From Lama glama (lineage: Eukaryota), in the NCBI GenBank assembly GCA_028534125.1, contig CM052818.1, positions 27,468,001 through 27,532,000 on the forward strand: a stretch of 64,000 nt of DNA, in the 5' to 3' direction. The notes beneath the pieces were generated by a model that did no database searches, was not told where the DNA came from, and saw only the letters and a list, made by a program, of their open reading frames with translations. This document shows positions 25,528-39,612 of the stretch, piece by piece (position 1 is the first letter of the stretch; each line of letters opens with the position of its first letter). The position numbers and the translations under genes are program-made.

Positions 25528-27485
25528 GCGTTTCGACAACTCTAACAATGTTGACCACGTTATTTATAATACAAGGCAAGATAGAGATTTGGGGAGACTG
25601 TTATTCAGAGAATTAGCCAAAAATTGGCACATATAAAATGAATGGCTAACTGAATTCATGACTCTTTCCTGCACAATAATTACATTAGCAAAACAGACAT
25701 GGAGAGCCTATGCCTTAGAACTAACTATGAAATATATATAGTTTTAGTATGTTACAGGATTCCAAACCCCAAATAATCACAGTAACTCCAGCAGACTTAT
25801 TTTAGATGCATCCAAACATCAATATATTTCCTATGGGTTACAAATTCAATTTAAAATGCAATGTCCTAAGTTATGGAGGTCATGATTGTCAGCATTACTG
25901 CCACGTGACAAATGGAGAAGGGTGATAAGTCAGCGGGAGAATGGGCAGAGATGAGTAGGCCACATCTCACATGTGATCATCCACTAGAACATGAAGCTTT
26001 TCAGCTTTTGAAACGTAGACTAGGTTAAAAGTGGCTTCTCTTTCGGATAGGTAATGGTGTTTGCATTAGGGCACTTCACTCTGCCAGCACCAAGGTTGAA
26101 CTGATCAACTGTCTCTGTCTTATGCTGCAATGAAATGATGCTCAGGCTGAGACTGTTGAGTCTAATGCATGGCAGAATAAATGCAGCCCAGCTGATGGAC
26201 AATTCTGAGTCCCTCAAGAGCTTAAATGTGAATTATGAGGAGAAATCAAGAGAGGATGGTAGCAGTGAGAAGTCAGGACTTCTTTTATTGAAATATTAGA
26301 AACTTGAGGCAAACCCAAACCAGCTTAATCATCAAAGAGAAGCTGGTTGGCTCAGGAAATCCAAGTTACAGTTGATCATCAAAACAAAACAAAATGAAAC
26401 AAACAAACAAACAAAAAACAAGGATGTATTTGGGCCTCAGGAAGACACAGGGTGAGGACCCAGGTAATGAATGCGTCTCTCTCACTCGCTTTCTTCCTCT
26501 CTCTTTCTCTCTGTTTTCTGTGTGTCTTTCTCAGTTGGATTCCTCCTCTCCCACCACAGACCATCTTTCTCCAAATATTAAGTAATTTGGCCAGGGGAAC
26601 AGGGTCATGTGAGAAAGTGACAGCCCCTGAAATAACCATACAGAATCTCAAGGAGAAGAGGGTGGGGAAGAGAGGATGTGGCTGGAGAGACAATTCCACG
26701 GATGGCCTTTTAGCATTCATTCCAAATGTCACCTTGTACCAAAGACTGTTTCACCCTTTAAAGAGGAAGCTAATTCGACAGATGTGTGTTAAACACTAAG
26801 CATTCCCTTATCCTTTATCATTTAAAAGAGGGAAAAGAATGAGGACATTTAAACCATTTGTTTAGGGACAACACAATATACCTGTGTTTCTATGGCCTTT
26901 CTTTCCTGTCTTGCTGAGCCTAACTTTGTCTTGTCGAGAGGGTAAAATAGGACCAGGGAGAGGCTGGGGCTCTGATCTCTGCTTGGCCACAGTTCTGGAA
27001 AGACAGACTAGGAGGGAGTCTGGAGCCCCCTTGGTCACAATGTCCAGAGAAGTATCATTCATGCTTCAGTAACCAGTACAGGAGTCAGCTTTTGAGACGG
27101 CCTTTGCTGCCACTCTTGTTTGTGTGGTTTTGTTTTGAAGAGTGAAAAAGCAGAAGAGGTCTCTTGTGTGGGTCTCAGAATAATGAAATTTCCGGGAAAA
27201 ATCTCAACAGAGACTTCTCCCCGCCCTCATTTGAAGAAGTCTCCTGACCTGCAGGAGTCTGTATCAGTCAGCAATTCTCTGAAAAGGTGGAAGAGAAAAG
27301 TTGACTCTACTTTCCTGATTGTAATAATAGCCATAGCAACATCAAAAACAAATATTATTACTTTTAAATAAAACAGCTAACATTTGTTAAGTTTGCAACA
27401 CACAGGTACAACTCCAGAAGTTTTATGTACATATGGTCACTCCACTTTCATTACAATCCAGTTTCCAAATGAGGTCTATATACTT

Positions 27486-27649
27486 TTTTTTTTTTAGCAA
27501 TTTGTTCAAGAGACTAAACTCCTTCTTTGTGTGTGTAGAGGGAAGGTAATTAGGTTTACTTATTTTATTGGAGGTACTGGGGACTGAATCCAGGACCTCA
27601 TGCATGCTAACTAAGTAGGCACTCTACCACTGATCTACACCCTTCCCCC
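27486..27649 (-). mobile_element. tRNA-derived SINE (Vic-1-like) with an extra 3' segment before its poly-A
   Basis: ggtaattaggttt...ggaggtactggggactgaatccaggacctcatgcatgc...ctctaccactga; flanked by ~16 bp direct repeats. Confidence 0.9.
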
Positions 27650-27665
27650 TGAGGTATATATTCTT

Positions 27666-27815
27666 TTTTTCTTTTTTTTCATTCTTCTTTTTTTTTTTTG
27701 GCAGCGTAGGTAATTAGATTTATTTATTTATTTGAATGGAGGCATTGGGGATTGAACTCAGGACCTCATGCATGCTAAGCATGTACTCTACCACTGAGCT
27801 ATGCCCTCCCCTCTC
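27666..27815 (-). mobile_element. tRNA-derived SINE (Vic-1-like), tandem partner
   Basis: ggggattgaactcaggacctcatgcatgctaagcatgtactctaccactgagctatgccctccc. Confidence 0.9.
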
Positions 27816-30749
27816 TGACGTATATATTCTTAAGACCCTTAAAATCCAGCAAGTCTCATTTACTAAAATTCAGCATCCAGTTAACCCAGTTGTTGGACAC
27901 GTGATAGATGTTTAAAATCCAGTATTTAAACAAACGAGACTCCCTATACTAGATCACAACTCCTAGAAACTGTTACCAAATGTTGTCAGTGGAAAGAAGG
28001 AAAGTATTTCTTTGCTCTCTCAGAAACTTCAGGGATTTCCCGAGTGGTAGTGACACTTGAGTGGTAGCAACTTGTCCGACTAAATTCATCAATTTGTTCA
28101 TGAGGCAGTCTTGACAAATGCACTGGTCTGTAGCTAATATCACATAAAAAGAAAAAAAAATCTAAGATATAACCACATCCCCATTAGAATCTATTTTTCT
28201 GAAAAGTGAAAGTTAAGTTCTTTCTACATCCCTTTCCATTTTGGAAAACGGATCTTGCCCTTCTGGGTCCTTTATGGACTTAAAAACTTAATTCAATAAT
28301 ATTTATTTTGCACCCATAAGGATATATTCCCCTTAATGACTTGACAAAATAAACGCTTCAGTTAAATTTGACTATACTTTGCCTGTAGCTTTTAAGATTT
28401 TTCTCCCCCTGAATTAATAAAACATACAAAATGCAGATGGTAGCATATGGTGCCTTCCATGGGAACATTTCCTTTAAATTATTGAAAATTCTGCAATCTG
28501 ACTCCACTTTAATAAACACATGAAAAGTACCTCTTACATTATAAATGTGTAACTAGCCAGATTAAGTATTTTCATATGCTTTGCTGATTTTTCCAATACC
28601 TTCAGGAGTTGTAATAAATATTTTATGGTTAATCAAAGGATATGATACATGCTATTTAACATCTATTAAGCACCTGCCTAAATATTTCTGAACTATCAAG
28701 GGGAGTGACAATCTATATCCAGCTATTGCAAACAGCCAGCCTGGTATTTCATACATTCCAGGGCCATCGCACATTCATAGAACTTAGTAATCAAACAATC
28801 CATTAACACATCATCCCCTAAATCTCAAGACTGACCTGCACATAGGAAACAGGAATGTAAATTATAAAAACCTCCCTGGGGACAATTTGGAAATATTCAT
28901 TAACATCCTTAAAATTGTTTACAACTTTTTGACCTAGAAATTCTACTTCTGGGAATTCATCTTAAGAAAGCAATTAAATACCTGAAAGAATTTATGTTTA
29001 TCACAGCATGACTTACATCAGTGTAGTTAGCATGCCCCAACTTGTGACTTTTATAATAAGGTAAAATTTTCACTGAATACTCAAAATGGCAATCATGTGC
29101 CATTTTGCCCTCTGTTGCCTACACCAGAAGTTAAGTTGACCTCGAATTTTCAGTCCATTATTTCTGAGAAAAAAAAAAGTTTGACCTGGAAAAATACTCT
29201 GGTACATTTTTAAGAAGAACGCAGGTTACAAATTCCTGTGTATGTACGGGATTATGCCATTCAATGCATGGGGGAAAATTTATCTGTCTATACACCAAAA
29301 CGTTATCACTGGATGGTTGGGTTGCAAATGATTTCTACTTTCTTTTTAATATTTATTCTGCAATTTCCAAATTTCAACACAAGTATTATCATTTTCATTT
29401 TTAACCAACGAACACAGTACATTTGATAAAAGCTATCAAGGTCCTAAACATGGGTGCTCCCAGCCAATCACCAATAATGACCTCTTCCAGAATATTCTCG
29501 CTTTTAAGGGCTCAGTTATCGGCTTGCCCACAAAAGCTCCTGGGAAGCCTCTGACACCAGATTCGTATGTCATGCAAAGCCCCTCAGATATAATGCTGTG
29601 ACCTTGTTCACAGTTCCACCCACATCACTCCGACTCGTTCATTTTATGAATGGAAACGCCGCCGAGATTGCTGGCAAAGTCACACAAGTACATTATCTCA
29701 GGTGGAATCTGAACTTGTATCATTGAATTACCAACCTTGTTCATTCAGGAGTCTAAACTTGCAGATTCCATTTCTCTCCATAGTGAAAAGCCCCACACAT
29801 TAAAAATGGAGGCTTTGAAATTCTTCAATTTAACCTGGAAAGAACTGGGTTCAGGACAAACCCATATATCCAGGATCCTACAGACCACTGCCCCTGACCC
29901 CGTCTCCCCCCCTCCCCCCCCCGCTCCCGCCGCCCTTTGTACAAGGAGCAGCTCACACTAAGTTCAGAGAAACTCTTCCAGTAGCGCCCTACTGCCTACT
30001 GGATCAGGTGCAGACCCCTCACTCTGTCATTTCAGATCTTCTGGGCTCTGTCCTGAAGATCATTTCTCCCCTATTGCTTTCCATTTCCAGGCTTACAATT
30101 TCCTTTTTATCCAAACATTTTTATTAGCCATAATTTAAACATATGTGTTTTTCAGTTTTCATGCATGTGCTTTATACTGTTCTCTGTTCCCTTTATACTT
30201 AAAATTCCCCGAGTATGGATTATGCCTACCCATCAAACACTGCATCTTAATTTTCCCTACATCTATATCTGACCAACTAGCCTAATCTAATTTTTGGTTT
30301 AGCCCTAATCCTGGGGGCTGGGGGACACAATACACTGCCTAAATTCTTTTTAAACTTCTCAAGTTTTCAAATATCTTTCCTCATTTGCTAGAAAAGCAAT
30401 GCCTGCATATTAATGGTGACATTATACTAACAAAAACAAACATTTGCATGTAAACTATGCTATACCATCAATAGATTCCAAGATAGAAAACATAGTATTT
30501 GAGAAGGGAGAATGGGCAAGTAAATTCTCCTATCTGTTTGATTACAGAGCGCTCATGTGAAATTTCCTCTGACTGCCTCCATCAATACAGAAATGATTTT
30601 CATGGCACTTTAACAGGGCAATTTCATTGACTTGGCAAAGTGAAAAGGAAAATAAAATATCATAAATCCCTTTGCTTCGATTCCTTTCTCCTTTCATTTT
30701 TAGCTTATTAGATCATACACATTTCTAAGAGCTACCAAAATATAATGGC

Positions 30750-31130
30750 ATAAAAATACAAATAAACCCATCAGAGAAGGCAAGTTGTGGTCAGATGATG
30801 AGTGTCATGCTATGAAGTTCACAGTATATCCTACAGGCAAAGGGGTGTCCTCATGAGTATTTCAGGCAGGGGACTAATGTGATCATATTTGTATCACATA
30901 TTTGTGGTCAAAACAGGAAGATGGATTAGTATTGAAAGAGGAATCAGGTACAGGGAGCTATGGCAGTGATCAGGCAAATAGTGAATTAAGATACTGGGGG
31001 TTGGGAAAGAAGAGGTAAAGATGGAGACTAGAGGTCGGATTGTAAAGTGTGTTTGAAAGGCAGCGTGTTGACAGCTTGACTCTAAGGAGTGATGTCCTGT
31101 GTTTACTGTAAGAACATAGCTTTCAAGGAG
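30750..31130 (-). mobile_element. L2 internal fragment
   Basis: Purine-rich antisense L2-like sequence (ttcaggcaggggactaatgtgatcatatttgt...). Confidence 0.5.
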
Positions 31131-34100
31131 TCTTTTTGAAAGCAAACATTTATTAGAACTTTTCAAGGTGTGTGTCTGTTATCACCTGTGGAAAATCAGT
31201 AGAAAGGAACTACAGCTAGACCACTCTTAATGCCAGGAGAGAAGGGGAGCATCGAAAATTGTTCCCTTGATTCTGAATCTGCCTGTCTGTGCGTTTGAAA
31301 TGACGAAGAAGCAAAAAGGAGGTTTCCTCCAGACAGAAAAATTAGATCAAAATGTTTTCCTAATAGAAACAATATCAATACACAAAAAGAGGAGGAACTA
31401 AGGGCAGAGGGTTAAGTATGCAGTTAAGGCCAAATGCCAAATATTGAGTCGCTAAAATTGAGGAGGATCACTGGAATTTATGCTGAAATGAAATGCTTTT
31501 TGATTCCTCCAAGAGCAGTTGATCACAACATAGGCTGATGGATCACACTATATTTTTAGTATTAACTCATCCACGGCTCCAGACCCAGGTGCTGCAAAGA
31601 GTCCGAAGTTCATGGATGTGGCATACTGGTTTAGCTGCCCAGGTTTTCTCAGCCATGACTTTAGCTCCCAGGTCCTTGATTCACTCTCATGACGTGCAGA
31701 GGAGAGAAAAAGGAATCGCCAGTGCTAGTTTCTTGGTAAGCCCCTTTCTGCACAAGTAAGATGGTAATTGTCAAAAAATTGAAGGCTGGGCACTTTTAAT
31801 TTTCTGCCATCTGTAATCATATGCAAGCTGTGGCAAAGCCAAAAATGAAATCAAGGTACTAAGGCAACTAATATGTCATTTCTTATGTCACTTTTTTGGA
31901 CTATGGATCTGGAGAAAATAAGCTGTTTGCAACAGGGTAATTCAGTTATGTGATGCCCTCATGCAAAATCCCATTTTAAGTGACAGGGCATCATTATAGA
32001 GTAACCGCATGATATGGAGAGGGGCTGGCACAGATTCTAGGGAACAGCCACACTCCTTTATTTGAGCTGTTACATCATGAATCAGGATGGACCAAAATGA
32101 AGAGGAACCCTCTTTTAAGAGGAGAAACTCCACGCTGACCTGAGAGCAGAGGGTTGCTCGGGCAAGCTGACAGGACATGACGTGGCCATCAAGTTTCCAA
32201 GAAATGGGACTTTCTGATGACACAAGTAAAATATCTAGAGCAGTAACTAAACAAATATTCCTCACAATGATGCCTTTAAAATATGAAGGTTCTGTAGGAG
32301 AATAATCATTAGGTCTAAAGACACAGGAAAAAAGAAAGTTCTAGTTTACATGGGTTTGCACAAATAGGCCAGATATAATGCAGTTTAAATGTTTATATAA
32401 CAGTGAGTAAGTCTGGTATGTTAGGTCATACCTACACAGAAAGGATGAGTAGAACCATTCTAGGCTCGAACCAGAGCTAGAAAATTACCTGCCTCAATAT
32501 TATTAGGAACTCCAATTATTTAAGGAAGAAATTCTGAGCACATAGTTTCTCAGAGGAGCAGCAAGAGGCAGTGGAATAAACATAAGGTGAAGAGACAGAT
32601 GCAGGTTCAAATCCTGCCCCTACCACTTAGCAATGTGACATCACTGATGGTAAATTTCAGACGATGCTACTGGCTTCACTGGCTAAAGGTTAACAGGTGG
32701 AAAACGCCCGACGTAATTCATGCTAACTTATGTCTCCCTTCCTCCTCCTTTTCCCTCTGAAGTCAGGGCTCTTTCAGCCTCCAAAGAGATCAATTACAGC
32801 AAGTGGTTAGTCCTGAGGAAGGCTGTGTTATGACACATCCCACGCAGTTCTTGTTCATTTCGTTCAAGCCACCTTCATTGCAGCTTCCTTCCATTTTCTG
32901 ACTCTTTAGAGATGAATTTATGGGTTTGCCTGGAATACAAATTGCTTGAGTTGTGCTTATGTCCTGGTCGTGACAGCTAAGATAAAAGCTTCATGGAGAA
33001 GTGGGTTTGGCTCAGGCAATAGCATAGAAAATACGGCTCCTTAAATTGGCTTAATTTTTTTACCATGTTCAAAAATTATTGAAAATATTTCCTCCTTTGT
33101 TTCAGTTTTTAAAGACTTGATAAAATAAAAACCTCTTGTTAGTCCCATAATTCATACTTGCACAGAAGAAATCTAAATGGATTTCTTTAGGATTTGCTTT
33201 GGCTGTTGAGCTCTGAAGTGATTTCACAAAAATATCAGGCATGAAAGAAATATCGAGGATAGATTCTCTCAGAGAAAAACAAAGTTTTGCTTACTTCTGC
33301 AGTCTGCCCTCCAATATGAAAGAAGGTTACACCTGATCTTTAGAAATGAAAACCGCCACACTCAGGCACATGACACAGAGGAAGGGTGTCTCTGTGACCA
33401 GTTTCTTCTCCCACAAATTCCTGACACCTGGAGGGGCCCAGGAGACGGCAGATAAGCAATCAGGGAGCTCCTTCCTCAAGTGCTCATTGAGGCCACTTCA
33501 TCCTATAACTGCTTGGACCGCCTCTTTTACTGGCACAGAGAGAGCTTATCTCAGACTCAGCTCAGTAAGAGGAGCTTCATGTTATCTACTTAACTCTTCT
33601 GATCCCCTGATTCTGCAGGAGGGAAGCCAAAGGAAAATTTTCTCCCTTTCTTGGTCACAAGATATTAATAATAAAAAACCAATAAATTAATAGACCCCAA
33701 TAGATACGATGTCTGAGATTAAGTGTGTACACGGTGAGTGTATTTATTCTTTGCTCCAAGATGGCTTCTTCCTTCTACATTGTTGAAAAGTGGAACAAAA
33801 ATAAGAGAGTACACTCATGACTTGTGTTCATGGCTCTCAAAAGGAGAAAAATGTATCTCCATGCTTCAACGTGTAAGACAAATTGTGCAGGGGGAGAAGC
33901 ATAGGTGAAAGGAGAGTAAGAAAGGTAGTAGCATCTGATGTGTTGCAAAGGCTCAACAAATGCTCATTGATTTCGTTGTCACCATTGTGGTCATTGTTGA
34001 ACTGTCATCATTACCAAGGGTAAATATTGGATAAATTGGACAGGTGGAAGTCAGAACAAAATGGATAGAGAAGATGAATAAACAAATGCAAGAAAAGATT

Positions 34101-35239
34101 TTAGGAAATTAGAAAAGGAGGAGGAGAATGAATAAACAAATAAGGGAACATAAAGAAATAGAAATTAGGTAACAAGGAATGCCTTGGAACTTTACTAGAG
34201 AGGTATGTGTGCCAGCCACAAAGCCAAAAGTGCTTTAGAAGAACAGGTACTGCGTAAATAAGATGGGTTTTTTTTCCCTACAGAGACCAACAACACAAAG
34301 AAAGTTTACAGGGTGCACAGGGTGTGTGAAAATTCAGTCTCTCATTCTAAATGGACCTCTCCCAGGACTACTTTCTCATTTTGTTCTGAGCTGTACAAAA
34401 CACATGTAAGTACAGGACTTCAAGCATATTGACTGTTAAAGAAGAACCTCATTTCAGGAGCTCTTCAGGGGCAAGAAACAGAAACTAGGTTCTTTCTATC
34501 TTCTTCCGAACACTCTTCTTCCACTGTCACAAACTTACGGTGCCCATTCTTCAGATGCTCCAGTCTCATATCCATTGCAACTGACAACTAGCAGGGAATC
34601 AAATACTTTAAGAGTCTATCTCTGAGGCTTTAGTTGACATTCTAAGCATGAAACCTTCCCACAACTTACGTTTCTTAGAATTTATTCATGATTGTCCACG
34701 CGTAGTACTTTTAATCATAATTCTACGACAACAAAGTCTTCATAAATGTGCAAAACTGAGCCTTTGGTTTCTTTATTTATTGAACTGCCAGATCAAAATC
34801 AGCGCTCCATTTTCTCCCACCAAATGCCTCTGTCCCACTGGCATGTTACCAGCAGGCCTTGAGTCATGGGGGCCATGTCAACAAGTATTTGAAATTCACT
34901 GAGTCGTAGAATGCCAAGAGTCCCTTAGTGCCCAAACTGTCCCCACCATTTCTCTGTATCATTTTCAGACAACTTCAAGGTTATTGCCAGCGAGTGTGCT
35001 GCTTGCTGTTCAGGAAGTTAGTTCTTTATTCTACATGAATCAGTTCAATTCCCTAAACAGACAGGAAGGCCTGTACTCGTTCTTCTAGTGAAAAAACATA
35101 CACACATCACTGGCAGCATGGCACACTGGTGAATTTAATTCTGCCACAACACAGGTCCAGGCCATTCATGTGGATAAAACCTCACTACACACTCAGGAGT
35201 CGTCATCTGCTTGGGAAATGAAGCCCACTGCTCACTAAA

Positions 35240-35462
35240 GCTTTATTATTAATGGACTGACAATGCTCCAGATGCTGTGCTACAGACTTCACATTCAGTG
35301 TGTATTTTATTCTCAGAAATAACACAAGGAAGTAGGGACTATCACTTGGCACACATTTACAGATAAGAAAATTGCCGCTGAGAGAATGAAGCTACTCCCA
35401 AGGCCACACAGCTAGTTGGTGGCAGTCACACTTGAATCCAGGTCTTTCTGTCTCCAGAGCTG
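35240..35462 (-). mobile_element. MIR SINE
   Basis: tttacagataagaaaattg...cccaaggccacacagctagt...ttgaatccaggtct. Confidence 0.8.
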
Positions 35463-35639
35463 TACTCAGAAAGACTTTTTCCTGACTGAGTGCACACAGT
35501 CATCACTTTGAGGGCTTGTTAAAGTCACAAAGTCCCACTCAGAGGGATTCTGATGCTGATCCAGAAAATCTAGAATGAGGCTCCGATCTCTACAGACTGA
35601 AAAGCTCCCCCTCTCCAGGTGATTCAAATTCTGCTTTGA

Positions 35640-36045
35640 CTAATAGAATACAGACACGATCCTGTGCCAAGCACAGGTGCCACCCTTCAGTAGGAACTGT
35701 TTGCTTCCTGCCACGTAAACCAAGAGGCTACCCTGACACCACATGCTGTGAGAAGTCCAAGTTACATGGAGAGGCTCTGAAGGATGAGGCAGCATGTGAT
35801 GAGAAAGAGACAGAAATGAGGAATGAGAGAGGGCTGCTAAGGAGCACCATACATGAGTGAAGACGCCACCTCGGAAGCCCATGCTCTAGCCCCGGCCGCC
35901 CTAGTGGACAGCATATGCAGCAGAGATGAACCATCCAGCAGAGTCCTTCCCAAATCCCTGACCCACAAAGTCATGAGCATAATAAGCGATTACATCAAGC
36001 CCCAAGTTTTGGAGTCATTTGTTACAGAATAACAGAAAACTAAAA
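35640..36045 (+). mobile_element. MaLR LTR (MLT1G/H-like); MER5-like fragment just upstream (~35505-35635)
   Basis: ccacatgctgtgagaagtccaag...catggagagg...cccaaatccctgacccacaaa...aagttttggagtcatttgttacag. Confidence 0.75.
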
Positions 36046-36379
36046 TCTAAAATATACTACTATATATATAATTATAATTTTATACATATGTGCATAAACA
36101 TAATATTGTACTAAAATGAAAACAAAATAAAACATTGAAACTCTTACATAGGAAGGAGTTTTAGCCCAAAAAAAATCAATGTAATTGAGTAAAATTTTTT
36201 TTCCTGTAATTATCTGGGAATTTTCTTGAATTCTCATTTTCACCTTGCATGTGTGAACATGGCCTACCATTCTTATTCTGTGGGCAAATTTTTATTATTG
36301 TTTATGTATTTTTAAGCTTTAGCATCTTTTATCTAGTGAAATTCTTGATACATTTGCTTTAATTTTGTATTTACCCTTA

Positions 36380-36640
36380 GCTTTATTTTATTTTCCAGCT
36401 TGATTGAGGTATGCTTGACAAATAAAAACTGTATACATTTAAGGTATAAAGTGTGATGTTGTGACAGATGTATATATTGTGAAATGATGACGACAGTCAA
36501 GTTAATTAACACATGCATCATCTCACGGTTACCATCTTTCTGTGTGTGTGAGGTGAGAATACTTAAGATCTATTCTCTTAGTAAATTTCAAGTACATAAT
36601 ACAGTATTATTAATTATAGTCACCATGCTGCACATTAAAT
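36380..36640 (-). mobile_element. L1MA/MB 3' end
   Basis: cagcttgattgaggtatgcttgacaaataaaaactgtatacatttaagg...aagatctattctcttagtaaatttcaagtacataatacagtatt. Confidence 0.85.
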
Positions 36641-37667
36641 CTTCCTTACATTTACAACAACTCCAAAATCGTGCCGTCTTCTGCAAAAGCAATGTGACGT
36701 AAGGCACACACAAAGATCTACATTCCCCCTTTTTTGCACCTGATTCATCTGTTCAGAGATAAAAGTCAGTCTAGGTTATTAAATGGATTTGTATGTGTTC
36801 TTCCTTTAAAGAACCAAATTGGGACTGAATGGCTTCATTATCATAAGTTTCCAGATGAACACAAATCCAGAGTAAAATTTAATAAACTTTTAACTTGCAT
36901 AAGCAATTGTTAAGTTTTTAGTGCCAATCCATTTCCGTGCTGGAGATATAATGGCATTTTATCCTTTTAACCTCATGCCTAGACACTCTGCACAGAAAAT
37001 CCTGTTTTGATCATTAAAATTGATGCACACACCAAATCATTGAATTAACTACACTCTTTACCATCTGCTAGGTAGGCACAGTGCCACATAGCGGTGCCTG
37101 GCCAGGACTTTAGAGGCGTAACAATCAACCAAAGATGGGATCAAACATAAACCATGCTGACTGCAACAGTGGCTCTACCCAGTCTGACTCTCTGTTTAGC
37201 TCTGGGCAAAATGTTTCCATAGAAAACATTATGGCCATCATGTGTGAACACAGTCAATTATAAAGGCTTAGTGCTTGAGATAACCTGGTAGAAGCTGTAT
37301 CTAACTTTCCTGAAATTCCTCACCCTGTGTTGGAGATCTTCCTCTTCATTCTCAGGGCCACTTTACTGTCACAACTGGAACATCATCTCTTTCCCTGGAC
37401 ATGAATTGGAGCTCTATCTCATCTTAACCCACTACTACCTTCTACTTGGCTTTTTTTCATTCATTCTTTTTTTTTTTTAAATGGAATCAGTGCCAAACCT
37501 GTCTCACATCCCTCGTATGTTCAGCTCTACTTTCTGCCCAACTCCCTCACCTGGTCTCAGGGTTTAGCTCTAGGCTGTAGCTGATTACAACTTCCAGAAG
37601 TCAGACTCAGATACACAACTGTGTGTGGGGCATCTCCACTTGGAAGTCCATGGGCACCTCTGTTCTT

Positions 37668-37925
37668 AGATTGATTGATTGATTAACTGATTAATTGATT
37701 GATTTAATTGATGTATAGTCAGTTTACAATGCTGTGTTCATTTCTGGTGTGCATACTGAATCAGTTATATATATGTATTATATATATATAATATATATAT
37801 TATATATATATACCTTTTCATATTCTTTTACATTAGGGCTATTACAAGGTATTGAATATATTTCCCTGTGCCATACAGTAGGACCTTGCTGTTTATCTAT
37901 TTTGTACATAGTGGTTCGTATCTGA
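37668..37925 (-). mobile_element. L1 3' end with (GATT)n-derived tail
   Basis: ttgatgtatagtcagtttacaatg...gaatatatttccctgtgccatacagtaggaccttgctg. Confidence 0.85.
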
Positions 37926-37939
37926 AATAGGAAATACCT

Positions 37940-39270
37940 ATTTCCAAATTCAAGAGATGTTTTTCAGCCTTTATGCTGCTTGACCTATTTGAGGCATTGA
38001 CAGTTCGACCTCTGAAAATAGCCTCTTCCCTCTGCTTTCATGGCACAGCACTCCTGTGATATTCCTCCTCTCTCGCTGGCTACCTCTCCTTCACAGCCTC
38101 CTCTTCCTCTGCTTGAATGCTGGCTCTGCCCAAGGCTCAGTCCCAGGCCTTCTGCTCTTCTCACTTGTCACACTCCCACATCTCAGTACTGCCTTGGCAA
38201 TGGCTGTCATCTCTATGCTATCATTTTAGAAATCTTTATCACTACCTCTGTAAGCCTAACTTTGAGCTCCAAACACATTTACCCTACTGTCAACTGTACA
38301 CTTATTCAACTTACTAATATTTATTGAGCATCTATATGGACTATGTGCACTGATACAGGCTCTACACATCTTCATTCAGATGTCTGAGGCACCTAAAACT
38401 CAGCCCACGCAGATAATGCAGTGATCTTCACCTCTCCTCCATGACCTATGCACACGTCCAGGGTTCTCCATCTCAGGAAATGACATGATTGTCTTCCCTT
38501 TGCCAGAGCCAGAAACATCTGACCCTCAACTCCTCATCCGCACACCCAGTCATTTACTAAATCCTATTGATTTCACCTTTTATGTATCTCTTAAATGTGT
38601 CCAATTCTCTCCATTTCCACTAGCACTCCTGACCTGGCCATCTTTGTTCCTGGACTACAGCCTCCTAACCAGACTCCTTGTCTCAGACTTGCCCCATCAC
38701 ACACACAAACCTTCCATCTACTCTCCACATGGTAGCCAGAACACTCTTTCTCTAGTGTAAATCTAATCACACCACTCCCCAGATTTTAACCCTTTCGTAG
38801 GAATTCCTTTTGCCCTTGAGATAAAGAGGAAGCTCTTTAAGATGTTGTCAAAGCTGTCCATGATCTGGCCTGCTTAGCTCCTCATCCTCACTTCTGCTGG
38901 TTCTGCTCTGCAGGCCCCAGATGGTCCTCTCTAGCTTATAATCTTCCCCACCTGCTGCTACCTCCACCTCGAAACACCTCTCCTCTTGCCCTTGTTTGAC
39001 TAATTCTACTCAACCATCAGGTCTCCGTGGGAATGTTACTTCCTCTAAGAAGCCCTCCCTGACGCACAGACGTGGCGCTGCTCCCTGGAACTTCCCCAGC
39101 ATACCATACAGCACGCTTGCTCCCCTGCAACCACTTATTTAAAAGTCAGTGTTCCTAGACAGGCTGAATGTTCCATGAAATCAGGGATCCTGGCTATTTA
39201 CACCATCTGTGTCTCACAGAGCAACAGGCACACAATAGGAGCTCAATAAATATTTGTCCAGTGGGTGAAT
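37940..39270 (+). mobile_element. L2 LINE, ~1.3 kb 3' portion
   Basis: Pyrimidine-rich L2 ORF2 relic (cccaaggctcagtcccaggcc, cctggactac...agcctcctaac) ending caggcacacaataggagctcaataaatatttg. Confidence 0.8.
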
Positions 39271-39384
39271 GATTTATTGATGCTATAATAAACTACATCC
39301 TATTAAGTTTGTCCTTTACAATCTGGAAACATCATGAACTGATTTTAATGCATTTAATTCGTGTTGATAGATTACTCTGTGATG

Positions 39385-39612
39385 CTCAATGATGCAATGG
39401 TTGAGGACAGAGTCCAGAGGATGCCTGCTTTGTTTCAAATCCAGCCTCTCCCCTTATTCACTGCATGCCTTGGGCAGCCACTACCTTCCCCGTGCCTCTC
39501 TTTCTCCATCTGTCCCATGCTGTGTTGAGGATGAGTCAATATGTATAAATCAGTTAGAACAGTGCCTGGCACAACTTACAGAAACACTATGTCAGTAAGA
39601 GTTATTATTATT
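39385..39612 (+). mobile_element. MIR SINE
   Basis: ttcaaatccagcctct...ccttgggca...gttagaacagtgcctggcaca. Confidence 0.8.
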
